Shown here one piece after another: positions 1 to 9,300 of a stretch of DNA of 43,258 bases; positions within the stretch are counted from its first letter, which is position 1; each line of letters starts with the position of its first letter. The stretch is from a virus (taxonomy: Duplodnaviria; Caudoviricetes). The position numbers were made by a program, and so were the translations under genes. The notes beneath the pieces are model-generated. The model was not told the origin of the DNA and searched no databases. It saw only the letters and a program-made list of their open reading frames with translations. Location: IMG/VR virus record IMGVR_UViG_3300037424_000623, positions 1 to 43,258 of that record, one strand, 5' to 3'.

Positions 1-1
1 G

Positions 2-136
2 CTGGTGGCGGGCGGCGATTGGGGTAGCGCGTCGCATTGCGGGTCGCGCGGTCGTAGTGCGGGTTACTATCGCTGGTATGCGTATGCGACTGTCGGGGCG
101 CGCGGTTGCGCGCGGCCTAGAATTGTTCATTTATAA
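2..136 (+). CDS. C-terminus (partial) of Mtd-like receptor-binding protein, C-type lectin-fold variable region
   Basis: Frame 2 reads LVAGGDWGSASHCGSRGRSAGYYRWYAYATVGARGCARPRIVHL*, matching the GGxW...GSR...(I/V)GARG pattern of Mtd/DGR target C-termini. Not in the ORF track because the start is missing. Confidence 0.88.
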   Translation: MVAGGDWGSASHCGSRGRSAGYYRWYAYATVGARGCARPRIVHL

Positions 137-144
137 GAGGATTT

Positions 145-411
145 ATGCGTGGAGCACCTAAGGTACTTGCGACAAAAGAAGATTATAAAAATATGCTGCA
201 TGATTATCCTTTAGAGGCTAAGGAAATGTACGATCGATTAAGCGTGGCTAGGTTGGTATGGGTTTGTACGTATAAATTGTTAGATCCTAAGACTGGGGTA
301 ATTGATAGTACGCATAAATTAACAGATCCTGATGATGTGGGTGACGTATATCAAATGGAATTGAAAGAAGATCCGAAATCTCTATTTTGCCAGCTTGGAC
401 TTACTATATAA
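145..411 (+). CDS. Hypothetical protein downstream of Mtd-like gene (possible fibre chaperone)
   Basis: 88 aa ORF with GAGG RBS directly after the Mtd stop. Function inferred from position only. Confidence 0.6.
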   Translation: MRGAPKVLATKEDYKNMLHDYPLEAKEMYDRLSVARLVWVCTYKLLDPKTGVIDSTHKLTDPDDVGDVYQMELKEDPKSLFCQLGLTI

Positions 412-424
412 GGGAGCTTAGAAA

Positions 425-1240
425 ATGGCCTTTACTTACGCATGGGATGTTGATTTTGGGAACAATCCAGAAGATTCTGAGAGTAGAAGATACGGGGCTC
501 AGCAAATTCGGAAACTTAAGGATGCCCTTACTGAGAGAATGCAGGTTGATCATGAGTTTGGAGAGGAAGTTATTGGGACTGGGACGGATGATCAGACTGA
601 TACTGGGTATCATAAGAGGGTTACGCTTAAGAATATTGCTGGGGGCGCTTCAGCCGCTGCTGTTGCTGGATATACGGAGTTGGCGTATAATAGTACGGAT
701 AATTCGTTGACTTATTATCCGCAGGGTGGGGCGAAGGAAGTTTTGGTTGAGAAGGATTTGGATCAGACGTTGACGAATAAGACGTTGACGACTCCATATA
801 TTACGGATCCAACTATTACGCTTCCAAAAATTAACCAGCAGGTTGTCCTTTATGCTACGTCGACAGAGCTGAATCAATTAACTGGGGTAACTGTCGGAGG
901 AAATACCATAGGATCGGATATTCCTTTAGTGGGAGGTATGTTTACTCCAGTTGCTGGGGGTATGATAGCTAGTAATGGGGCCATTGAGAATAGTTTTAGA
1001 GTCTCATCTGTAATTTATAATGACACTGGTGATTATACAATAAATTTAGCTGTTTCTGCTACTGCTGTTAGTAAAATACTAGTTAACGTAGTTTGTGCGG
1101 CAAGTGGATACTACGATTTTGCTCGCATAGATGCAATACCTAGTGTATCATCTGTCCGAATTCAAGTATTGCGAGTTACTGGATCGGGGCCTAGCATAGG
1201 GGATAGCCCCTTTCATTTTCTAGTATATTTTATACCTTAA
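425..1240 (+). CDS. Putative tail fibre/virion structural protein
   Basis: 271 aa, GGAG RBS, QTLTNKTLTTP shaft-like motif, beta-rich C-terminus with GDYTINL. Lies in the tail module. Confidence 0.65.
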   Translation: MAFTYAWDVDFGNNPEDSESRRYGAQQIRKLKDALTERMQVDHEFGEEVIGTGTDDQTDTGYHKRVTLKNIAGGASAAAVAGYTELAYNSTDNSLTYYPQGGAKEVLVEKDLDQTLTNKTLTTPYITDPTITLPKINQQVVLYATSTELNQLTGVTVGGNTIGSDIPLVGGMFTPVAGGMIASNGAIENSFRVSSVIYNDTGDYTINLAVSATAVSKILVNVVCAASGYYDFARIDAIPSVSSVRIQVLRVTGSGPSIGDSPFHFLVYFIP

Positions 1241-1260
1241 AATTTTATTTTCTTCGTTTG

Positions 1261-1605
1261 CTAGTTATTGAATCCCCCGAATTTACCCTGATTTAATAAG
1301 ATAAAAAATTCTGTGGGTGTATAAATATTAATAGGGAAAAACTTTTCTTGTCTTCCAATTTCAAAATGATCTTGTTCCCAAACTAACCATTTAGTCAGAA
1401 GATTTTCATCTATAACAGCTTGAGCGTGCCAAAGAACCTTTCCAGGTCCTACGGCAATAACTACTTTTTCATTATGAACGTTCTCCCATGTAATAGCCGC
1501 AAATAATGCGTAATGCCTACAGATAGGAGTTATTTGCTGTTTCGTTGATGAACTGCAGGAAGGTAAGATAATTAGTAGAATTATTAAGTATAAGTAGATT
1601 TTCAT
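1261..1605 (-). CDS. AT-rich accessory lipoprotein, antisense to the late operon
   Basis: Start moved to MKIYLYLIILLIILPSC (hydrophobic signal plus lipobox-like LPSC). C...H motif ICRHYA...WHAQA. Confidence 0.6.
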   Translation of the reverse strand: MKIYLYLIILLIILPSCSSSTKQQITPICRHYALFAAITWENVHNEKVVIAVGPGKVLWHAQAVIDENLLTKWLVWEQDHFEIGRQEKFFPINIYTPTEFFILLNQGKFGGFNN

Positions 1606-1667
1606 AAAGGCATATCCATTTTTTAAGTGCTTTTTTAAAAGAGCGTATAAAAAGAAATGCAATAACC

Positions 1668-3377
1668 ATGCCACAATACAAACAAACACCGGGATTCGGG
1701 GGAGGCCTAAACCTCCTTAACCGTGCTGATGCGATTCAGGATAATCAGGTTACAGATATTTTGAACCTTCAGATATTGAAGGATAATCTGATTCTTGATA
1801 ATGGCTACGTATTCGAAGATCCAGACGTAGGTGCTGAGACAGTAAAGCTTACCTATACAATGGAAGATCAGGATGGAACTTCTCAGGCGTTGTTATTTAC
1901 TAAAAACTCCCTCTATTATTGGTCTGTCAATGCCTGGGTCGAAATATTAGACTCCAATGGTTATACCCTTGACGACGCAGTAAACCGAGGGGGCAATGTT
2001 ATTACTGGGCATGACACTAAACCACTTATGGCTGTTACATTCTCCGGTTCTGCTAATGGCAACGGGCATAATATGGTTATATGGACTAATGGAGTAGATC
2101 CAGTACATAAATTCTACTACGATGGTGCCGGTTGGGTTTGTGATGTAATAGCAGGGCTAGTGGCTATAGTTGTAACGGTAGTAGATTTCCTGCGTATCTG
2201 GCAAGATTCGGTCTGGTTTTTATCCATTGAAGAGGATGGGATAAAATATACTCATAGAATTCGTTGGTGTAATCCGGGAAATGAGGAGCAGGTAGATGAA
2301 TCTACATATACCGCAGCAGGATACTATAACTTACTAAGCGAGCATAACCAAATAAAGCAAGCTGAGCTACTTAGTAATTATCTAATAGTCTATTGCAGTG
2401 CAAGTATCTGGCGGGGTACTTGGTTAGGTACAACCACTAATCCGGTAATCTTTGAGCAAGTAATTGATAATGAAGGTGTTATCGGGGGTTTCTCTGTTGC
2501 ATCGACTGGAAGCTATCATGTATTCCTGGGAAAGAGTAATATCTTCCGTTATCTTGGAGGTCTGTCTATCGAGCCCTTTGGTAACTTTATTCAGGAGAGG
2601 ATCTATGGTGATGGGGGAATTTTAAACCTAGACTACATTGATTACATTCGGGCAGTTCATGTGAAGGAATCTGATACTATATGGTTTATGTTCCCTATTG
2701 TCGATGAAGGCGCGGGGACTGCTAAGACATATATCGTACGCTATCAAATAAAACAAGCTGCCTGGACCGAGCGCGTAGTTGATTTATTGCTAACTTCTAT
2801 ATCTCTACGTAAGGTCGAGGAAGACGACACTTGGGGAGGTGCTACTGGTAGAGAGGGTACTTGGTTAGAAGAAGGGCCAACTGGTGAGGCGGTAGGTCCT
2901 GATCGCGCATGGATTTCCCAGGTATTTCTAACAGACTACCCATTTGTATTCTTTTCATGTCTTGATACAGCACATGTAAGTAAGCTTGTTCGATACGACT
3001 ACACCCTGTTAAAAGATGGCATGACTGGTACATATGATGTTAATGGATATCTAGATGTAAATTATACATCAGGAGATGCTATCCCTTATCGAGTAAGAAG
3101 TAAGAACTTCGCGTCTGGGGCAATAGATGCTCGTTTTGAACATATTCAACTGTCATTATCTGGAACGTTAGGTCATGTAATGATTGTTAAGTATAGCATT
3201 GATGACGGAGAGAACTATAGCGATCTTGGTACTATAACAATTGACTCTTATGATCTTAAGAAGTATAAAGTCTGGGGAAACATAACCTTTGAGAACATAA
3301 TGTTTGAATTTTCTGGCGCCGGTGGAGGGATTCATATCGGTCCTTTGGTAATAGCATTTGAAGCTGAATCTGAATAG
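1668..3377 (+). CDS. Tail nozzle / tail tubular protein B-like (beta-propeller)
   Basis: 569 aa starting FGGGLN, with WTNGVDPV and RIRWC motifs typical of podovirus nozzle proteins. Precedes the ejection proteins. Confidence 0.7.
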   Translation: MPQYKQTPGFGGGLNLLNRADAIQDNQVTDILNLQILKDNLILDNGYVFEDPDVGAETVKLTYTMEDQDGTSQALLFTKNSLYYWSVNAWVEILDSNGYTLDDAVNRGGNVITGHDTKPLMAVTFSGSANGNGHNMVIWTNGVDPVHKFYYDGAGWVCDVIAGLVAIVVTVVDFLRIWQDSVWFLSIEEDGIKYTHRIRWCNPGNEEQVDESTYTAAGYYNLLSEHNQIKQAELLSNYLIVYCSASIWRGTWLGTTTNPVIFEQVIDNEGVIGGFSVASTGSYHVFLGKSNIFRYLGGLSIEPFGNFIQERIYGDGGILNLDYIDYIRAVHVKESDTIWFMFPIVDEGAGTAKTYIVRYQIKQAAWTERVVDLLLTSISLRKVEEDDTWGGATGREGTWLEEGPTGEAVGPDRAWISQVFLTDYPFVFFSCLDTAHVSKLVRYDYTLLKDGMTGTYDVNGYLDVNYTSGDAIPYRVRSKNFASGAIDARFEHIQLSLSGTLGHVMIVKYSIDDGENYSDLGTITIDSYDLKKYKVWGNITFENIMFEFSGAGGGIHIGPLVIAFEAESE

Positions 3378-3386
3378 GAGTTAATT

Positions 3387-4247
3387 ATGCCAAACTGGAG
3401 TGGCGACGGTAGTGGAGATGGAGGAAGCCAGCCTTCTAATAGTGGCGGTGGACAGTCTAATAGTGCCGGTTGGCAATCTGGTACGTCTCTCGGAATAGCT
3501 GAAGCTTTTACTACACCTTATTCCGGAGGTGATTGGGAGACTAGTTGGGTTAGTACTATGTCTCCAGAGCAAAGGGCGCTTTATAATCAAATGATTGCTA
3601 ATCTTGGAAAGGGTAAGGCTTCTCAAGCTACTGTCCAAGGAGGGCTGAATCCTGAGTCGTTTAGTATTGCCGGATTAGATTCTTACAATACTAGTGCCGC
3701 GATTCAGTCGTATAAGTCTTTTCTTGATACTCAGGTGAATAGGGAAAAGATTCGATCCGAACTCGCTCTTGCTAAGAAAGATGCACAGACTGCGATTGGT
3801 GAAGTAAGCGCCGGTTTTGCCGGCAAGGGTCTTATGAGTAGTGCATCCAATAGAGCAGCAGGTAAGGTTGAATCTGATTTAGGCGCGCAAGTCTCGAAGG
3901 TTTACGCGGATGCCCTTGACACTGCCGAAAATAGAAGGCTTGCGGCTACACAAGGTCTTGGTAGTCTAGAATCGACTTATTCTGCACAAGAATTACAGAG
4001 GCTTATGGCAAATCAGGGTATATCTGCGGATTTTACGAAGACCCAATATACTACTGAAAATGAAGTAGCTATGCTAAACGCGCAGCTAGGAAATCAATAT
4101 AGCACGGCAGAGCTTCAGTATATGCTTGGGCTTATTAATGCTCAGACCGGGGAGAATATATCCATGCAGGATCGGGGAAAGTCTCTACATACTGATCTTT
4201 GGGGCAATGTGTCTAAACTTTGGGGCGGTAACGGAGGATTATTTTAA
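3387..4247 (+). CDS. Putative internal virion (ejection) protein
   Basis: 286 aa, Gly/Ser/Ala/Gln-rich and helical, FAGKGLMSS motif, follows the nozzle. Confidence 0.6.
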   Translation: MPNWSGDGSGDGGSQPSNSGGGQSNSAGWQSGTSLGIAEAFTTPYSGGDWETSWVSTMSPEQRALYNQMIANLGKGKASQATVQGGLNPESFSIAGLDSYNTSAAIQSYKSFLDTQVNREKIRSELALAKKDAQTAIGEVSAGFAGKGLMSSASNRAAGKVESDLGAQVSKVYADALDTAENRRLAATQGLGSLESTYSAQELQRLMANQGISADFTKTQYTTENEVAMLNAQLGNQYSTAELQYMLGLINAQTGENISMQDRGKSLHTDLWGNVSKLWGGNGGLF

Positions 4248-4262
4248 TCTTGGAGTGTATTA

Positions 4263-6299
4263 ATGGCAACAATATTACCAGCAAAACAAACAGACTATTC
4301 CGGTATTCGCCGGGCCGCTGAACTTATAGGGCGTTCTTTTGAGCAGCAGCAACAAATGGAAGCCGACCAAGCTTTTCGCCTAAAACTTCTTGATGAACAA
4401 TATAAGCGTCAAGAGCAAGCTAATAGGCAATCAGCGGACTATGCTGCTGACTTAGCGGCGACTGCTGAACAAGGAAAATTAGAATACCAATCGGATATCA
4501 ATGCTAATATCCAACGGGTAATGGAGAAATATTCGTCTGGAACTCCTACAAAAACTGTAACGACTAAAACTCGTCAGCCAGACGATATTGGTGGGGATAC
4601 TACTGTTCCTCGTGGGCAAGTACAACAGAGGAGCAAAACTATACCTATAGATGCTATGCAGGAAACTACCCCGATATACTACCAGGGAAAACCTGTATAT
4701 TATACAGATGCTGAGCTGTTACAAAAAGGTATGACCGATGGCTTTTGGAATCCCAAAGAGCACAGAGTAGTCACCTACGCAGAAGAAAAGAATAAGCGAT
4801 CAGTCGATTTACTTAACAAACAAGTAGAGTCGGAGACCAGCCTCATAGAACAACGGAAGAAATCCTCTACAGCCGAGGATCTCCGCGCAGAGCTGATAAA
4901 GGCGCAAACTGCTGGTGCGCATATCGACTATAAATTAAAGCTTCGTACCTTACAACTTGATACTGAAGCTCGGGATACACAAGATGCCATTTCCGCAGCC
5001 CAGCTTGCTAATATCATGACTGAAGGAAAGTACAATGATATGACTCCAGAACAGCAAGCCACTATTAGGGCAACTCTTAGGGCCAAGGATCCTAAGTCTG
5101 AAGATCCAAATCTACGAGTTAGTCGATTAGATAAGTATAAACACTTTTATAATCCTCAGGCTCGCGAGACGCTACAGAAATTTTTTGCCTCTTCATTGAT
5201 TCCTGAGACTCAAATGGACCTAGAAATGCCCGTGGAGGGACAATTTCAGTATAAGGATGACGAGGGCCGTGTAGAAACAGCCACTTATCTTTATGATCAA
5301 ATATTCAAAGAGTATGCTCAGCAAGGGCGATTCGAAGAAGCTCAGCGTCTTCCAAATGCTATCGTACAAGGTATGAAGATGCATACTATGGACGGTGCTT
5401 TACCGATTAAACTCTCCGATCGGCAGCAGGCGGACGATGGAACACCTAAGTTAAAATTAACCGGTGCCGGGGCACAAATGCTAGTATCTATTAAAGCCCT
5501 AATGACTGGGAATTTTGAATTGCCCGATCCTCCATTAAAGGATGACGAGCGTAGTATGTGGGAGAAGCAGATTCCGAATCTTGAGGCTGCTGGATTGAGA
5601 GCTACCACTTCTGACACTGAGGAAACTGTAGCTGCCAAGTTAGCTGGAACTTATAAAGCACTTAATTATGTGTATAGTAATCAACTAATTCCAAACATCG
5701 ATTGGACAATTCCTCGTTACGAAAAGACTGTCAGCTTAGCTAGCACTCTTTTGAACATTAATCCTGAACGCGGGGAGAAGTTAGTCCAGGCATATAAACA
5801 GAATATACGAACTAACTTAGATCTCCAGAACAAGATCGATTCCTATGAATCTATAGCCAAGGCTCAATTTAGTAATATAGCTATGGCTGAACAACGTACT
5901 GTTACCTATAATCTACCCAATGGTGGAAGCACAAATATAGCTAAATTTCCAAGCACTAGTTATCCTGAATATTTCGGCGATGTATCTATGGCCCAAGTAC
6001 CAACAGGAAAGGAAATCCAGGTTCGCGAAACTATAGGTAGTTTGATTAATGACTATAAGCTCGATAATGGAGAATACATTCATCCAACTACACTTATGGA
6101 AGACCTAATCAAAGCGGGGATTTTTAGAAATTCTATGGACCTGCAACGTATAATGCTGGAATATTCTAGGCGTTATAACTTTAAGGCTCTTCCAAGTATC
6201 AGTAATGACTATATCTCTCCAAGCGAGGCGAATAGCGAATTTTTGTCTCTTAAGCCCGAGGAAGGTAGATCTCCTCGTAAAGGATTCCAAAAACGATAA
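4263..6299 (+). CDS. Putative internal virion (ejection) protein
   Basis: 678 aa, Q/E-rich coiled-coil N-terminus, synteny with podovirus core proteins. Confidence 0.55.
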   Translation: MATILPAKQTDYSGIRRAAELIGRSFEQQQQMEADQAFRLKLLDEQYKRQEQANRQSADYAADLAATAEQGKLEYQSDINANIQRVMEKYSSGTPTKTVTTKTRQPDDIGGDTTVPRGQVQQRSKTIPIDAMQETTPIYYQGKPVYYTDAELLQKGMTDGFWNPKEHRVVTYAEEKNKRSVDLLNKQVESETSLIEQRKKSSTAEDLRAELIKAQTAGAHIDYKLKLRTLQLDTEARDTQDAISAAQLANIMTEGKYNDMTPEQQATIRATLRAKDPKSEDPNLRVSRLDKYKHFYNPQARETLQKFFASSLIPETQMDLEMPVEGQFQYKDDEGRVETATYLYDQIFKEYAQQGRFEEAQRLPNAIVQGMKMHTMDGALPIKLSDRQQADDGTPKLKLTGAGAQMLVSIKALMTGNFELPDPPLKDDERSMWEKQIPNLEAAGLRATTSDTEETVAAKLAGTYKALNYVYSNQLIPNIDWTIPRYEKTVSLASTLLNINPERGEKLVQAYKQNIRTNLDLQNKIDSYESIAKAQFSNIAMAEQRTVTYNLPNGGSTNIAKFPSTSYPEYFGDVSMAQVPTGKEIQVRETIGSLINDYKLDNGEYIHPTTLMEDLIKAGIFRNSMDLQRIMLEYSRRYNFKALPSISNDYISPSEANSEFLSLKPEEGRSPRKGFQKR

Positions 6300-6320
6300 A
6301 CCCGCTAACAAAAACACACT

Positions 6321-9300
6321 ATGGGACTATACGAACAGGCGCTTACTAAATACAAACTTGATGAGGCTGTAAGACAACAAAGTCAGCTTAACATTCCTGA
6401 AGGTGCTGACTCTGAACGCCCTCATTATGTCCAGCGATTGGACAATCTAAGTAAAAATCAAGTTTATGCTACTGTGGCAGAAAGTGTTAACTATTCCGAT
6501 CCAGGGATATTAGATCGTGCGGTCTCGATTCCGGGTAGATTTGCTCATCAGATTGCTAAGGGATTTGTAGATTCTACCGCGGATTTGGTAGAGCTTCCGG
6601 AACTTATAGTTAATCATGTGGGTAATAATCTCGGCTGGGACGAGAATGATCGCTTAGATGTATTGAGCAACGTAGCCAAGCGGGTTCGAGGGACAGTTGA
6701 TATGGCCCAGGGACAGCAGTCTATTGCGGACAAAATTGCCTACTATGTGGGCTATTCGATACCAGATCTTGCTGGTATCATCCTAGGCGGCGTTGGAGGA
6801 GCTAAGACTATAGGAACAGGACTTGCTCGGCTAGGTGTACGAGGAACCGTGCAAATCTCGGAAAAGACTGCCTTGGCTCTTGGATCTGCCATGGGAAGGA
6901 TTAGTTATGGGGCAGTAAAGGGCGGAGCTTTCGGTGGACAGGAAGGAGCCGTTGCTGGGGCTAAGCAATATACGATTATGGAAGCTGGTATGGCTGCTTT
7001 GGGAAGATATAATCTTCCAATAAGGGTATTAGGCTCAGCACTCCTTAATGGTGGTATGGCAGCAGCAACCACGGATTCTAATAGGCCAGATTATCAAGAT
7101 GAAGTAGTTGCCGCAGCCATTCTTGGTGGTATGTTCGCGGCACTTCCACAGCATCAGCAGGATAGAATATCGCGAGATCCTATCACGGCACAGGATAAAG
7201 TGAAGGCTTATGTAGCCCGGGAAAGGGCTTTAGGAAGAACTCCTGAACTTAATGGAGTGCTTGCTGAATTCGCTGAGCGTGATTGGAATTATATGAGAGC
7301 TGCGTATATTCAAGATCCTAATGCTACTACGCCTATTATGGATCTGAAAAAGAATCTTGAGCTTACTTATGGAAAAGGCGGAGTGTCAGATGATAGGGCC
7401 ATGTTGGCGAAGCAGCTACAAGCGGTGATTTTTGATGCTGGAGATTTAAATCCAGGAAAGTCTCTTTTATTGGCTGAGAATTTTGTGCGCACTGCGGAAT
7501 ACCTGTCTGATCCTGATACGATCTCTGGGCCCGCGGTTATTGAAAGGTTTGTAGATGCTCATAGAGATATGCTCATCATACCGAAGAAGAAGTCTTATGA
7601 GGTTATTAATAAGCAAAGTGTAGTTGATGATAGTGGAATTACACTAGAACTCACAGAGAAACAAGCGAGAGATTGGAAGATTGAAAAGGCTCAGGAGGTT
7701 ATAAGGAATAAATCCCTCGAGGCCCAAAATGTAAGAAGGAATGCGCCTGTAACTGGCTGGCTGTCGAAAGGTTGGGAATCGTTGGTAAATCCTGAAGGTA
7801 AGGCTTTTGATAAGTTATTGAATATCCCAATGGGGCCAGAATTACAAAGGCAGGTAAAACACAAGGCCTATGATGTTCCAGATATGGTATCTTTCTTCGA
7901 AAAGCAAGTTGACAAAGCGGCGAATTTTGCTGGCTTTGAGGGGAAGAGTCGCGAGATCCTTGATACTCTTGCGACGATTGCTTGGCATGAGGATAAGAGA
8001 ACCATCTGGCGAGGCCAGAAAAAGAAAGATACCCCAGAACTTCCCTGGAGTGAGGATCTTGTAGATGCGAAAAAGCAATTTGTGTATAAGTGGATTGATG
8101 AGAATGCAGGTCCTGAAGGTCGAGCTAAGTACGAAAATGCTCTACGTGTAGGATTTAAGACCCTACAAGATCTTAATGTCAAGAAATTCGAAAGTGGAAT
8201 TATTGGAGAGAAGACATTGCAAGCGTATAATGCAAATGAATTTCTCCCTGACAAACGAGCCGTTCGTTGGAGACCTAATAAGACATTGTACGATGTGGAA
8301 TCTTCTGTACTTTTGAAGGATGATCCTATATTCCACGAGACTTTTGGTTTTAGTAGAATAGATCCTCGCCTTACTGAAGCCACGGGGGAACCTATGGTTT
8401 TGGATTTTGAGTATCTTGTAAAGTCTGAGATGCGTAAGCAGGAATTTGCGATTTCTAAGAATAATCTTCTTCGTACTTGGTATGACGCAGCCGTGAAAGG
8501 CGAAGGTGATATTGCCCAATACGCTCGATTGCCTAAAAAGAGATATAAAATTGAAGGCCTGACTGGCTTTCTTGATGAAGGACAGGCTAAGGAGATTATA
8601 ACGCTGAACGAGCGTATCCATCGAGCTATGCATAATGCGAGGGATCGAAGAAACGAGAAACTTGCTAATGGGGAATATACTACCCGCAAGAAGCCAGGAC
8701 CTAAGGAACCTACCTTGGCCGAGATAAAAGCAGAGATTGCAGAGCTACAGAAAAATGTAGAGAGTCTACGTAAGAAGGATGCAAAGCTTACTGATTGGGC
8801 TATGCAGGATTTTGATACTTATGACGTAGCTTCAGTGAAGCATATTGAAGATCGAGGGCACCCAAAAGATACGATAATCCATGATGCTACGCATGATTAC
8901 GTAACTGTGAAATCCATGCGAGACGAGCTACGGACACAGAAGGAACAGCTTGAGTGGATGACTAAACTCAAGAAGATTGAGGAAGTAATCGAGCCAATGC
9001 ACGGATTTGAAGCTGTTCCATTTCTCAGGGATGGTAAAGTTGAGTACGTAATGCTCGATCGAGAAGCTGCCCGTATGACGAATATGAGTCATAACGTTAC
9101 GAAGCTTCAGCAGAAAGTTTATCGCGCTATGTCATTCGCCTCTGGGGTGGCGCCAGTTAAGTTTTTCGCCACTGCTATTAACCCGGTATTTCCTATCCGT
9201 CGTTGGTGGGCTGATAATATGCATTTCTATACCGCAAATGATTTTGAGCGCGGGAATATTCTTAAGTTCACCAAGGATGCATTGCTTGAGCAGCCTGGGA

